Source: an uncultured Gammaproteobacteria bacterium
Lineage (GTDB): Bacteria; Patescibacteriota; Patescibacteriia; UBA9934; GWF2-40-263
Direction of reading: 5' to 3'
Assembly (NCBI GenBank): GCA_964399675.1
Contig: CAYNRK010000002.1
Location: forward strand, 46,982 to 110,981
DNA: 64,000 nucleotides
The translations under genes were made by a program, and so were the position numbers. Below are positions 10,620 through 21,153 of the stretch, piece after piece; position 1 is the first letter of the stretch, and the number at the start of each line of letters is the position of its first letter. Below the pieces are notes generated by a model, which was not told where the DNA came from, made no database searches, and was given only the letters and a program-made list of their open reading frames with translations.

Positions 10620-10870
10620 GTCTTCGCTCTCCTCCCCTGCGTCGTTGCGAGCCCCCTTTCGTGAAACGGGGCGAAGCAATCTCCGTAAAGAATTCCCTCG
10701 TGTCCTGCACCTTGTGTCATTCCGAGCGAAGCGAAGCAATCTTCGTAAAGAATTATGGGGGGCAGTCACGTTGTATATAATTTCGGCAGTACTCGCTTTG
10801 CTCCGTGCTGGCGAAATTATATACAACGTACCTGTTGATGGTGGCCTGAGGGTTTGTCGGAGGATTGTGG
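10620..10870. repeat. about 250-bp composite intergenic repeat, copy A of two near-identical copies
   Basis: Nearly identical to 35765-36010. It contains GC-rich hairpins and a roughly 20-bp-stem hairpin (cacgttgtatataatttcggcag...ctggcgaaattatatacaacgt). Confidence 0.85.
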
Positions 10871-11112
10871 AAAAGCCATGCTTTTGGGGTCAAGTCTAAA
10901 ATCGAAACTTTTAAAATGACTACAGAGTTTAGATTTTAGACTTGACCCCCGTGTTTTAAATAACTTGTGTCGTAAAATGAGAAGACTAGGGGAGAGATGA
11001 GAGGGGGAAGGAGAGAGGGCTTGTGTTGATTTCAAGGGTACTAGGACACCTGCAAAATCTTACAGAGGCTTACATGGATTCTGGAACTAGTCAGATTTGG
11101 CTTGTAGAAAAT

Positions 11113-11230
11113 TTTGGATGACAGTCACGTTGTATAATTTCGGCAGACTCGCTTCGCTCGTGCTGGCGAAATTATACAACGTACCTGTTGTGGAGATACT
11201 GGGGTTCGTCGGAGGATTGTGGGAAAAAGA
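11113..11230. repeat. about 110-bp hairpin repeat (sub-element iii of the composite repeat)
   Basis: Matches the 3' part of the repeats at 10620-10870 and 35765-36010, and the reverse-strand copy at 47700-47790. Confidence 0.8.
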
Positions 11231-11282
11231 TGGTATGCGTCGTATAAGGTTTATTGTGCGACGCAAGAAATAAAGAAAAAAA

Positions 11283-11495
11283 TTATACAAAAGAGAGGAG
11301 GTTTGTTAGATATACAAGCACTAAAAGAATCGCTCCAATAAAGAAGATAACTACCCCAAGCAATACAAGAGCTTTAATTAGATCATCGTCCCCTGCTGCA
11401 CCCATGATGACGTAAAAACTTATAACCAAGAAAACAACAAGCGGAGTTGCTGTAAGTGCCCATCCAATAACTTTTAGTGCAAGGTCAAGAGTCAT
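11283..11495 (-). CDS. small hypothetical membrane protein
   Basis: 70 aa with two hydrophobic helices. Confidence 0.3.
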   Translation of the reverse strand: MTLDLALKVIGWALTATPLVVFLVISFYVIMGAAGDDDLIKALVLLGVVIFFIGAILLVLVYLTNLLSFV

Positions 11496-11560
11496 ATTCC
11501 CCTTGCGTCATTGCGAGGAGGCCAAAGGCCGACGTGGCAATCCTCGTTTTGTGACGCGAA

Positions 11561-12793
11561 TTAGTACGAAATTAAATAATCAAGCGGATTCGTTGGAATC
11601 CCGTTTTTTCTTACTTCAAAGTGAAGGTGCGGTCCTGTTGAAAAACCAGTGTTCCCTATTGCACCAATTTGCTCAGACCGTGAAACAAATTGATCAGGCA
11701 CAACATCAGTTCGTGAAAGATGCGCGTATAGCGTTGCTGTGCCATTTGTATGAATAATCATAACATAATTTCCATATAGTCTCCCCTTTCGAGTCCATGC
11801 AACATATCCCGGTGCTGCTGACAGAACAGGTGTTCCTGTTGGCGCCCCAATATCAAGCCCGGAATGTTCAAAAAGGTGTCTAAATGGATATGTTGGGTCA
11901 TGGAACACTGCTGTTATTCTTCTATTTGATGGACTTGTTGGCCATGACAAAACACTACTATCGCCCAGAGCGTCTGTTTCTGAAAGCTTGCCTTCCAAAC
12001 GCTGCTGCAAACCGAAAATCTGTTGGTTAATAAATGTTTGTTCTTGTTCAAGTTCTCGAAGAAGAGATTGAAATTCGATTTCGGATTCTCTTGTTACAAG
12101 AATCAAATGCTCCTTTGCGTCTGATTCCTGGGATAACAAATCTTTCTTTTTCTCAAGCGCTAAAGAAAGGTCTTCTAACTGCCCTCTTTTCGCTTGCTCT
12201 TTTTCTTTTGAACCCTGGACCTTATCTTTGGATGCTTTTAAACCATCAATCGCATCTTTCAGATCTGAACTGATCGTTTCTAAATACTTTAGATCATCAA
12301 AAAGTTGCGCAAGAGACTCTGAGCTAAATAATGCTTTAAGAGGAAAACTGTTGTCCTGAACCTGAATAACACGCAACACATCTGCCACAACTCCTTTTTG
12401 GTATTCGATTTTTTTCTCAAAGGCCCCCAGCTCTTTCTCAAGTGTACGAATCTCAATATTAACAAGATCAATCTCTTCTTCAGCAACCTCAATGCTTAGC
12501 TCTGTTTTAGTCATCCGATTTTCCAAAATACTTATTTCAACAGAAAGTGATTTTGCTTGACCTTGTTTATCCAAAATTTTCTGTTCAAACTTTTGGATTT
12601 GTTTATTGAGCTGATCAATGCCACTTCTTTTTTCTTGAATCTCTTTATTTAAAAGATTGATTTCCTCACTAGCGCCAGAGTCCCCTTCTTGCGCGTTTGC
12701 AATTCCAAAAAATACTTGGCTGGTTGCAAGTAAAACAAGAACAAACAAAGTGACACTCAATCGAATAGACATCATCTTACGATAGTTTTTCAA
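11561..12793 (-). CDS. M23 family metallopeptidase with N-terminal coiled coil (EnvC-like murein hydrolase/activator)
   Basis: Signal/transmembrane segment, long coiled coil, then M23 motifs (HSGLDIGAPTGTPV, GPHLHFEV). Confidence 0.8.
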   Translation of the reverse strand: MKNYRKMMSIRLSVTLFVLVLLATSQVFFGIANAQEGDSGASEEINLLNKEIQEKRSGIDQLNKQIQKFEQKILDKQGQAKSLSVEISILENRMTKTELSIEVAEEEIDLVNIEIRTLEKELGAFEKKIEYQKGVVADVLRVIQVQDNSFPLKALFSSESLAQLFDDLKYLETISSDLKDAIDGLKASKDKVQGSKEKEQAKRGQLEDLSLALEKKKDLLSQESDAKEHLILVTRESEIEFQSLLRELEQEQTFINQQIFGLQQRLEGKLSETDALGDSSVLSWPTSPSNRRITAVFHDPTYPFRHLFEHSGLDIGAPTGTPVLSAAPGYVAWTRKGRLYGNYVMIIHTNGTATLYAHLSRTDVVPDQFVSRSEQIGAIGNTGFSTGPHLHFEVRKNGIPTNPLDYLISY

Positions 12794-14189
12794 TTGAAGT
12801 TTTAATTCTATTTAACCCCTCTCCCCTACCAAGAACCCAAAGAAGCTCAAACGGGCTTGGGGATTTTTCTTTTCCTGAAAGCGCAACTCGCAAAGGCCAC
12901 AAAACATTTCCATTTTGCAAGTCGTTATCTATAATATACTTCTTTATTGCACTTTCAATCAAATCTGCTGAATCAAAATCTGAATCTTTTAGCCCTTGTA
13001 AAAACGCAGCAATCTTTTCTAATTGAGCTTTTGCATCCTCTTTATCAGCCTTTTTCCAAATTAAAACTGAAGCATCAAAGTCTGGTAAAGAAACATATTG
13101 TTCAATTATTTCTGAAAGTTCTGAAAGTGTATCTAATCTGGTTTTTTCAACTTTAAGAATCTTTTTAAGCATTTCACCATCAACCTTAGATTGTACAAAA
13201 GGCTTTGCCAGTTCAAGTAATTCCTCAATGGTTTTTGATTGCAAATACTGACCATTCATCCATGCAAGTTTTGTTTGATCAAAAACAGCACCGCCTTTAT
13301 TTATTTTTTTAAGATCAAAGGCTTTGATCAGCTCTTCCACTGAATAAACTTCCCTGTCCCCTGTTGGATTAAAACCAAGTAGGGCAACAAAGTTAATAAG
13401 CGCCTCAGAAAGAAAACCTTTTTTAAGATAATCCTCAACAGCAACATCCCCTTGTCGTTTTGAAAGTTTTGATTTGTCCGGATTAAGTATAAGTGGAAGA
13501 TGGGCAAACTTTGGCAAAGGAAATCCAAAAGCATTATAAAGAATCACGTGCTTTGGAACAGATGAAATCCATTCTTCACCTCTTATCACATGCGTAACAT
13601 CCATTAAATGATCGTCCACAACCACGGCCAAATGGTAAGTTGGAAATCCATCTGCTTTTACAAGAACCTGATCATCGATTTCTGAATTCTTAATTGTAAT
13701 GCTTCCGCGAATTTCATCTTCAAATGTTGTTTCACCTTCTGGAACTTTAAGGCGGATTACATGCTCTTCTCCCCTTTCTACCCTTTCTGCCCTCTCTGCC
13801 TTTGACAACTTCAAACACTCGCGATCATATTTTGTTTGAAGTTTTGCAATCTGTTGTTGTTTTCGCAAATCATCAAGTCGTTCTTTAGAACAAAAACAAT
13901 AATACGCACTTTCCTGATCAATAAGTTTTTGCGCATGCTCTTTATAAATATCAAGCCGCTCAGATTGAACAAAAGGACCTTCATCAAAATCCAAACCAAC
14001 TTCCTTCAACGTTTTGATCAACGCGTCTGTTGCACCTTTAACAAGCCGCTCCTTATCTGTGTCTTCGATTCTAAGCAAAAAAGTGCCTTTATGTTTTTTT
14101 GCAAACAAATAATTGTAAAGCGCGGTTCTTAGCGAACCAACATGCAAATACCCGGTTGGTGATGGTGGAAAACGTGTTTTTACATTCAT
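12777..14189 (-). CDS. gltX: glutamyl-tRNA synthetase
   Basis: HIGH motif (PSPTGYLHVGS) and KMSKS-like KLSKRQG. Confidence 0.9.
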   Translation of the reverse strand: MNVKTRFPPSPTGYLHVGSLRTALYNYLFAKKHKGTFLLRIEDTDKERLVKGATDALIKTLKEVGLDFDEGPFVQSERLDIYKEHAQKLIDQESAYYCFCSKERLDDLRKQQQIAKLQTKYDRECLKLSKAERAERVERGEEHVIRLKVPEGETTFEDEIRGSITIKNSEIDDQVLVKADGFPTYHLAVVVDDHLMDVTHVIRGEEWISSVPKHVILYNAFGFPLPKFAHLPLILNPDKSKLSKRQGDVAVEDYLKKGFLSEALINFVALLGFNPTGDREVYSVEELIKAFDLKKINKGGAVFDQTKLAWMNGQYLQSKTIEELLELAKPFVQSKVDGEMLKKILKVEKTRLDTLSELSEIIEQYVSLPDFDASVLIWKKADKEDAKAQLEKIAAFLQGLKDSDFDSADLIESAIKKYIIDNDLQNGNVLWPLRVALSGKEKSPSPFELLWVLGRGEGLNRIKTSIEKLS

Positions 14190-15025
14190 AATCCTCTGAG
14201 TTGCCTGAATATTTCAGGAATAGTTTTTTTACAAGCTTTTAGGAACCTACGAGACTTAAGTGTACTCCAAACAACCACAATCGGAAAGACAAAAGCTGCG
14301 TTTATTATACGTTTAATTCGCCTTGGTTCAATAAACAACCTCCAAAGCCATTCCATTCCAATTTTACGCAAGAGCTTTGGTGCTCTGTGCTTTTTACCGG
14401 AAATCGATTCAAAAGACCCCCCTACCCCAACCGCGATCTTTACTGTTTTAAGATGTGGAAGAACAGCCTGAATAAATTGCTCCTGCTTTCCATGACCCAA
14501 TGCCACCAGCAAAACATCCGGTTTTATTTGTTGCACTATTTTTACATGTACATTATTTTCGTATATGAGAATTTTATGTCCGTTTTTTATCACCTCAACT
14601 TTTCCAGGATCAACTGCACTCACATCAAGATTTAAATAACGTTCTTTTAATTTTTCTGCTGCGTTTTTTGCACTCTCACTTTCTCCTCCAAAAAGTACTA
14701 AGTGTTTTTTCAAATCTCGACAAACCATTGCCAAATCATCAACAAGATCAACACCTGTGTGACGGTACGTAAGTGTTGCATTAGTTAGAGCAGAAATAGC
14801 AAACCGTAACCCAACTCCATCTGCTATTAATAAATCACTTTTGTTGAGTGTTTTTTTGAACTCATGATTTTTTTGTGCTTCCAAAATCATCTCAGGGTTT
14901 GGTGTTGCAATTACCTTTTGTTCATCATGATCTAACCAAAAAGAAATCATTCTAACGACTTCTTTATGACTAATATCATGAATTTTGATTCCAAATATTT
15001 CATGATGTTCTGTGCGATTTTCCAT
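14186..15025 (-). CDS. WecB/TagA/CpsF family glycosyltransferase
   Basis: Family-typical pattern (VIATPNPEMI..., ADGVG). There is a 4-nt overlap with gltX. Confidence 0.65.
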   Translation of the reverse strand: MENRTEHHEIFGIKIHDISHKEVVRMISFWLDHDEQKVIATPNPEMILEAQKNHEFKKTLNKSDLLIADGVGLRFAISALTNATLTYRHTGVDLVDDLAMVCRDLKKHLVLFGGESESAKNAAEKLKERYLNLDVSAVDPGKVEVIKNGHKILIYENNVHVKIVQQIKPDVLLVALGHGKQEQFIQAVLPHLKTVKIAVGVGGSFESISGKKHRAPKLLRKIGMEWLWRLFIEPRRIKRIINAAFVFPIVVVWSTLKSRRFLKACKKTIPEIFRQLRGL

Positions 15026-15055
15026 ATCAATGTTATCATATCATAAAGAATCTAT

Positions 15056-15209
15056 GAGTGATAAAAAACAAAAAATCGGTGAAATATACCTTAAAGGAAC
15101 TGAAAAAGTTCTTGAGTTAAAAAGAAAGCAACTTTCTATTATAGAAAAGGTTGCGCGCAAACGTGACAGTCGATTAATTGACGCGCTTAAAAAGAAGTTT
15201 GGATTATGA
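15056..15209 (+). CDS. small hypothetical basic protein, translationally coupled to the downstream ORF
   Basis: ATGA overlap with the 15206 ORF. Not recognisable. Confidence 0.3.
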
Positions 15210-16504
15210 GTGAAGAACAACCCATTGTGCAACCAATTGAAAGCACGCCATCTGAACCAGTTGTTGAGGCTGTTGAAAAAGTTGAACAACCAGATCGTTC
15301 AACAACGGTTCCAGAGCTTCCTGCTTTTACTTTTGTTGAAGATGCTTCTTTTGCTTTAGTGGAAGATGCTAATCTGAAAGTACAGGTGGAGCAATCCGCC
15401 GCATCAGGAGAATCAATACTTAAACTTGTTGAACTTGATGATGATTTAGAAGCGGAAGCCAGAGCTGAACTGGCTGAAAATACACAAGCAATGGAAGCAA
15501 CACAGGCTGAAACGCAGGCAGACGCAGCAAAAGAGCTTGGTGCTGAAGGTACGGATATTAACACCGGTCTTCGAGCCGATGGCGTGTACGATATTGAGCA
15601 TCCTAATACACCAAAGGAAATTAAGGAACAGGCATTTGAACACGGAATAAAACTAATGCGCGAAGCACTTAATGACATTGATGGATATTCAGTATTTGCA
15701 AGCACTGCAATGTATCTACAAGGCAGACGAGCAGGAATTGATGAGTTTCAGGTTTTGCCTGGAGATTTTGATGCTGTGGCACATTCACTTCAAGATCTAA
15801 GGCGCATCCAGGAACGAATGAATAATGTTCCAGGGTTTCAAGAAACAAAATCAGAACTTGTATTGGCCGGGGACGCAGAAGCGTTCAATGGCGAGATAAT
15901 AATGCAAGTCGAAACAAAAGACGGTCCGGTTAAAGCAAATTATCCTCTTGAATTTTTCTTTGGTTCTTTCATTGTTGATAAGGATGTTTTTAAACACACT
16001 GAAAAGGCTGCTGGTTTAAATGTTTTGTCAATGGAAGGGCTGCAGAGCCAATATGCAAACAACCTTGAATTTGAAAAACGAGTTGGAAAAGGCGTTCAAG
16101 ATGTGGCTCGTTTTCTTTTACAAGACGGTGGAACAAATCCAGACGGAGAACAAATTCCAGAGGTTGCAAGTCTTATGAAAGAACAACTTTCTCAAGAAAA
16201 TATTACAAGCCCACTTGCTGTTGAGATCATGAAACGCTTTGGCCTGACAAAAGAGAAGCTGGCCCATTTCTACAAAATAGTTGATGAAGTAGGGGGAGAT
16301 GAGGAGGGATCAGTCGCTGTTCTTGAAGAACAAATTGGTGAAATCTCAAAAACTCTTTCAGGTTTTAAAACAAAGATTCCAAAGCGAGCTAAAAATCTTC
16401 GGGAAATTAGAGAGGCAAGTAAACTAGAAATACCAGAAAAATCCAGCACTAAAGCAGCTCAGAACATTGATGATGCAGACGATGGAATGCCAATTGCTGC
16501 ATAA
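15206..16504 (+). CDS. hypothetical protein with acidic, low-complexity N-terminus
   Basis: 432-aa ORF with no family recognised by eye. Confidence 0.4.
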   Translation: MSEEQPIVQPIESTPSEPVVEAVEKVEQPDRSTTVPELPAFTFVEDASFALVEDANLKVQVEQSAASGESILKLVELDDDLEAEARAELAENTQAMEATQAETQADAAKELGAEGTDINTGLRADGVYDIEHPNTPKEIKEQAFEHGIKLMREALNDIDGYSVFASTAMYLQGRRAGIDEFQVLPGDFDAVAHSLQDLRRIQERMNNVPGFQETKSELVLAGDAEAFNGEIIMQVETKDGPVKANYPLEFFFGSFIVDKDVFKHTEKAAGLNVLSMEGLQSQYANNLEFEKRVGKGVQDVARFLLQDGGTNPDGEQIPEVASLMKEQLSQENITSPLAVEIMKRFGLTKEKLAHFYKIVDEVGGDEEGSVAVLEEQIGEISKTLSGFKTKIPKRAKNLREIREASKLEIPEKSSTKAAQNIDDADDGMPIAA

Positions 16505-16627
16505 CATTGACCCCGCCTCTTGCGAGAGGCGGGATTGACAATCATGAATTAGCACTCTATACTTTAGAGTGCTAATTTTAATTCGAGATCCCTCGGCTTC
16601 GGCCCGTCGGACGGGCCTTCGCTCGGG

Positions 16628-19303
16628 ATGACAAAAGCAGTTATGATTCCAAACAATTTCACACATAAATCTCAGGAAGCATTACAGCTTGCAAACAACA
16701 TTGCGCTTGATAACGGCCAACAAGCGCTTGAACCAATCCATTTACTTGCTTCCCTTTTACAACAAGACGAAGGAGTTGTAATCGCGATTATTGAAAAAAT
16801 TGCGTCAAAACATTCAGAACTTAGAAGCGAGATAGATCGAATTTTAACTGAGCTGCCAAACATGCAGGTTCCTGCTGGTGGAGGTGGTCTGGGTCAGGTT
16901 TATTTGAGTCAGCAAATGGCAACCGTACTTGCCAATGCTCACAAAAAATCAAAACAGTTTAAAGACGATTACATCTCCACAGAACACTTGTTGCTCGGAC
17001 TTTTATCAAACAAACCAATTGCAAAACTGTTAGGCTCTTTTGGAATTGAAGAAGAGGCTGTGCTAATAGCGCTCAAAGACATTCGTGGCAACCAACGCGT
17101 TGACTCGCCAGAACCTGAGGCACGTTATCAAGCACTTGAAAAATACGGCTTTGATTTAACTGAAATGGCAAACAAAGGCGAGCTGGATCCGATCATTGGG
17201 CGCGATTCTGAAATACGTCGAGTTATGCAAGTTTTGTCGCGTCGTACAAAAAACAATCCTGTGCTTATTGGTGAGGCTGGTGTTGGAAAAACAGCTATTG
17301 TAGAAGGTCTGGCTCAACGCATTGTTGATGGAGACGTTCCTGAAATGTTGCAAAACAAAACTTTGGTTGGACTGGATATTGGATCAATGGTTGCTGGAAC
17401 AAAATATCGCGGTGAGTTTGAAGATCGTCTCAAAGCTGTAATTAAAGAAATTGAAGAAAGTAATGGTGACATTATTTTGTTTATTGATGAGCTTCACACA
17501 CTGGTTGGAACAGGAACAACTGAAGGTGGTTCATTAGACGCAGCTAATTTACTAAAACCGGCTTTAGCGCGCGGAAAGCTTCGGGCAATTGGAGCAACAA
17601 CTCTCAAAGAATATCAAAAATATATTGAAAAAGATCCAGCGCTTGAACGACGCTTCCAGCCTGTAATGGTTGAGGAGCCAAGTGTTGACGATACAATTGC
17701 AATTTTGCGCGGCATTAAAGAAAAGTACGAAGTTCATCATGGAGTAAGAATCTCTGATCCTGGAATTGTTTCAGCAGCCCAACTTTCACATCGATATATT
17801 ACTGATCGAAATCTACCTGACAAGGCAGTTGATTTGATTGATGAGGCTGGATCAGCGCTTCGTATGCAAATTGACTCAATGCCGGAAGAGCTGGATTTAC
17901 TAAAGCGTGATGTTATGAGATTGGAAATTGAAGAAAAAGCGCTTGCAAAAGAAGAGGATAAAGATTCAAAAGAAAGACTCAAAGAAATTGAAAAGCAGGT
18001 TGCTGACCTTAAAGAGCAACGTGATGCAATCGAAGGTAAATGGAAAAATGAAAAAGAAAAAATCACAATAATTCGTGAAATCAAAAGTGAGGTTGAGAAA
18101 CTTCGCGCCAATGCTGAAATAGAAGAAAGACGCGGTGATCTTGAAAAGGTGGCAGAGATTCGTTATTCAACTATTCCAAAAAAAGAAGAGAAGTTAAAAT
18201 CCGCTGAAAAAGATTTGGTTGATTTACAAAAAGAACGAGGATTGCTTAAGGAAGTTGTTGGTGAAGAAGATGTTGCAACAGTTGTTTCTCGTTGGACTAA
18301 TATTCCGGTTTCAAAAATGCTTGAGTCTGAAATGGAAAAACTAGCTCGAATGGAAGAGGTGCTTAGTAAACGCGTTGTTGGTCAGGAAGAAGCAATTGTT
18401 GCTGTCTCAAATGCACTGCGACGTTCTCGAGCTGGAATTGGTGAGGAGAATCGTCCGATTGGATCTTTTATTTTCTTAGGACCAACCGGAGTTGGAAAAA
18501 CAGAACTTGCACGCGCACTTGCTGAGTTTATGTTTGATGAAGAGTCTGCGTTGGTTCGATTGGATATGTCTGAGTACATGGAAAAGCACACGGTTTCAAA
18601 AATCATTGGTTCCCCACCAGGATATGTTGGATATGATGAAGGTGGTCAGCTTACTGAAATTGTTCGAAGAAAACCTTACTCAGTACTTTTGTTTGACGAG
18701 ATTGAAAAGGCTCATCCGGATACATTTAACATTCTCCTTCAGATTCTTGATGATGGACATCTTACTGATGCTAAGGGTCGGAAAGTAAATTTCAAAAACA
18801 CGATTATTATCATGACCAGCAACATTGGATCTGATGTTATTTTGAGCTCTGGTCAGAAATTGTCATCAATGGGTTTTGCAGACAACGAAGGAGTGTCAGA
18901 GGATGATGAGATAAGAGAACAAATTATGGAGCGGATGAAGGACCACTTCCGTCCTGAGTTTTTAAATAGAGTTGACGATACAATCGTGTTCCACTCGCTT
19001 CAGAAATCAGATATAGAAAAGATTGTTGAGTTGCAACTTGCCATAATTTCTAATCGTTTAAAATCAATACGTGGAATTGTTTTGGATGTAAAAGACAAGG
19101 CAAAGAAACTTCTTGCTGAAAAAGGATATGATCCAGATTATGGAGCGCGTCCGTTAAAGCGAGTTATACAATCTGAAATTCTGGATCCGCTTTCAATGAA
19201 AATCGTCTCTGGTGAAGTGACTGAGGGGCAAAAGATTCCAATAACTGCTGATAATGAGTCGGTTCTCATTGGGAAACGTAAAAAGGAAAAAGTGGCAGCA
19301 TAA
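16628..19303 (+). CDS. clpB: ATP-dependent chaperone ClpB
   Basis: Two AAA+ modules ([18 protein letters not shown] and [15 protein letters not shown]) with a long coiled-coil middle domain between them. 891 aa. The start may instead be the in-frame ATG at 16643. Confidence 0.9.
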   Translation: MTKAVMIPNNFTHKSQEALQLANNIALDNGQQALEPIHLLASLLQQDEGVVIAIIEKIASKHSELRSEIDRILTELPNMQVPAGGGGLGQVYLSQQMATVLANAHKKSKQFKDDYISTEHLLLGLLSNKPIAKLLGSFGIEEEAVLIALKDIRGNQRVDSPEPEARYQALEKYGFDLTEMANKGELDPIIGRDSEIRRVMQVLSRRTKNNPVLIGEAGVGKTAIVEGLAQRIVDGDVPEMLQNKTLVGLDIGSMVAGTKYRGEFEDRLKAVIKEIEESNGDIILFIDELHTLVGTGTTEGGSLDAANLLKPALARGKLRAIGATTLKEYQKYIEKDPALERRFQPVMVEEPSVDDTIAILRGIKEKYEVHHGVRISDPGIVSAAQLSHRYITDRNLPDKAVDLIDEAGSALRMQIDSMPEELDLLKRDVMRLEIEEKALAKEEDKDSKERLKEIEKQVADLKEQRDAIEGKWKNEKEKITIIREIKSEVEKLRANAEIEERRGDLEKVAEIRYSTIPKKEEKLKSAEKDLVDLQKERGLLKEVVGEEDVATVVSRWTNIPVSKMLESEMEKLARMEEVLSKRVVGQEEAIVAVSNALRRSRAGIGEENRPIGSFIFLGPTGVGKTELARALAEFMFDEESALVRLDMSEYMEKHTVSKIIGSPPGYVGYDEGGQLTEIVRRKPYSVLLFDEIEKAHPDTFNILLQILDDGHLTDAKGRKVNFKNTIIIMTSNIGSDVILSSGQKLSSMGFADNEGVSEDDEIREQIMERMKDHFRPEFLNRVDDTIVFHSLQKSDIEKIVELQLAIISNRLKSIRGIVLDVKDKAKKLLAEKGYDPDYGARPLKRVIQSEILDPLSMKIVSGEVTEGQKIPITADNESVLIGKRKKEKVAA

Positions 19304-19321
19304 TCAAAAAAAGCAGGTAAA

Positions 19322-19362
19322 ATTAGCCTGCTTGCCCGCCGTAGCTTTAGCGAAGGCGGGTT
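19322..19362 (+). terminator. rho-independent terminator after clpB
   Basis: A cccgcc...ggcggg hairpin followed by a T-run. Confidence 0.6.
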
Positions 19363-19543
19363 TTTTGTTGGAAAATTACTTATTATAGTTGACAAAAGCA
19401 CTAAAATGTGGTATAAATTGGCGTCTGTTTGCGAGTTCAGTTCTCAACTTTGGTGTTGAAAACGGGCTCTTAACAGGAGTTCGTTAACATCATCATCACA
19501 ACCCATCCGCACCAAAATGCGGATACATAGAAGAGGAGTCAAG

Positions 19544-20212
19544 ATGCACAGGACCTACGCGCTCCTGGCCATCAGCCTGATGGTCACCGGATGCTTCCGC
19601 CCGGATCTCCGGCCGGATGTCCGACCGACCCCGCCACCGACCGCACCGGTCGCGGACACCACCACGCCCGAGCCCACCGCATCCAACCCCGGCGAGAAGC
19701 CCTGCATCACCGGGCTCATCATCCTGGCCGATGACGGTCGCATGGAGCTCGAGGGCTGTCCCAAGGAGTGGGAGGTCTTCAGTCCGTTCAAGAAGGGCAA
19801 CACCGATACCGAAGACTCGGACGTCTCGGTAGGACGTTCGATCTACAAGATCCCCAACCCGAGCAAGTCCGAACTGTTCAACGGACCCGACATGCAGGGG
19901 ATCTACTACTTCCCTGGGGAGGATGCCAACGAGCGATACATCGAAGTCGATCAAGAAGACCAGCTCTGGTACCACGCAAAGGTGGACGGAGAATGGACAC
20001 AGAAGGAGCTCTTCAGCGCTCTGAAGGTGAATCGCTGGGTGAGTGAAAAGCGCAAGCTCACCCCGTTCCTGACACCCGGCATCATGGGACCGCCCGTGGT
20101 CCCGAGGGAGCAAGCCTGCGGCCAGATCTTGTGCGGAGACGCATGGCACATGCTACACCCGCTCAAGCAGACGCGGCTACTGCTCCACCTCCCGTCCAAG
20201 GGCAAGTCGTAG
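19544..20212 (+). CDS. lipoprotein, paralog family A member 1 (GC-rich island 1)
   Basis: Lipobox LMVTGC and a conserved C-ITGLIIL...EGCP motif. AAGAGGAG ribosome-binding site. The final motif is CGDAWHML. Confidence 0.6.
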   Translation: MHRTYALLAISLMVTGCFRPDLRPDVRPTPPPTAPVADTTTPEPTASNPGEKPCITGLIILADDGRMELEGCPKEWEVFSPFKKGNTDTEDSDVSVGRSIYKIPNPSKSELFNGPDMQGIYYFPGEDANERYIEVDQEDQLWYHAKVDGEWTQKELFSALKVNRWVSEKRKLTPFLTPGIMGPPVVPREQACGQILCGDAWHMLHPLKQTRLLLHLPSKGKS

Positions 20213-20239
20213 GGTTGTGATGATGCGCCGCTGACAAGG

Positions 20240-20392
20240 CGGCTCTCTCACTCAGGGCGTTGGTCTTCACCGACCTTCGCCCTACCCTTTCTTGTGTACA
20301 TCAGATTCTGGTGTTTACAAGAAAGCGTTCTCAACCGAGTTCGCTAAGTATCGTAACGTCTGCGTTGGAACGTGGGCATGCTCAGGAGTTAG
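20240..20392 (+). promoter_or_regulatory. conserved inter-cassette module, copy 1: terminator-like hairpin, palindromic operator overlapping a -35/-10 promoter, and a conserved leader
   Basis: Sequence reads ctcactcagggcg...cgccc, then ttgtgNacat...18 nt...t(a/t)tacaag, then aaagcg, then leader type A. Confidence 0.55.
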
Positions 20393-20998
20393 ATGCAGAG
20401 AATCTGTACGATCCTGGTCGCCATCTTGGTGGCCTCGGCGTGTGCAAGCACGCCAGTCAAGCCGTCGCAATCCACGTGCTACACAGGCATGTACATCGTA
20501 GGCGAAGACGGCCGTATCGAGATGCAGGGCTGTCCGCGTGTGAACAAGGTCGTCATGGCTTTCGGAGAAAGAAAGCCGGCCGGCATGACGCGTGATGCAA
20601 CATGGGTGCGTCGTCTGTCTCCGAACTCTACGCCGAGCCACATGCTCGAAGGTCCGGATTCGCAGGGACGATACTTCTACAAGATGACCGAGGGTGAGCT
20701 TCCCCCGAAGTACCTCTCGCTCATCAACGGAGTTCCGCACCTTCACATTCTACGCGAAGGAAGTTCCGCATACAGAGTGGAGAAGTTGCATCCAGCCTAC
20801 ACGGTTCGCGAATGGGTCACGAAGCCAGGAGCTTCCAAGCTACTCGCAGAAGGAACCAAGGAGCCCCTTACCATGCTGATCGACCTCCAAGGTCAGATCA
20901 TCAGCGGTCGCCCGTTCCATGTGCTCAGCAAGGCCAATCAGAAAGAGCGTCTGATCGATCTCTCGCAGATGCCGACTGACAAGCCTTCCGGGTCGTGA
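20393..20998 (+). CDS. lipoprotein, paralog family A member 2
   Basis: Lipobox LVASAC and the CYTGMYIV...QGCP motif. Confidence 0.6.
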   Translation: MQRICTILVAILVASACASTPVKPSQSTCYTGMYIVGEDGRIEMQGCPRVNKVVMAFGERKPAGMTRDATWVRRLSPNSTPSHMLEGPDSQGRYFYKMTEGELPPKYLSLINGVPHLHILREGSSAYRVEKLHPAYTVREWVTKPGASKLLAEGTKEPLTMLIDLQGQIISGRPFHVLSKANQKERLIDLSQMPTDKPSGS

Positions 20999-21012
20999 AG
21001 ACAGGCCGCTGA

Positions 21013-21153
21013 AAGGCGGCACTCTCACTCAGGGCGTGGTCCCAAAACCCACGCCCCGTTTCCTTGTGAACATGAGTAAATCTCGTGTATACAAGAAAGC
21101 GTTCTCAACCGAGTTCGCTAGAAATGACCACAGGGCTCAAGGAGGGTCAGAAC
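21013..21153 (+). promoter_or_regulatory. conserved inter-cassette module, copy 2
   Basis: Same module with leader type A. Confidence 0.55.

Noticed and set aside
10574-10899. Small ORFs inside the repeat regions (10574-10780, 10618-10899, 35783-36019, 35761-36066 on the minus strand)
   Set aside because: They are duplicated verbatim with the repeats, are GC-hairpin-driven, and have no ribosome-binding sites. They are repeat sequence, not genes.
11503-11757. Plus-strand ORF 11503-11757
   Set aside because: It starts inside a GC-rich repeat element and overlaps the C-terminus of the well-supported M23 peptidase gene on the opposite strand.
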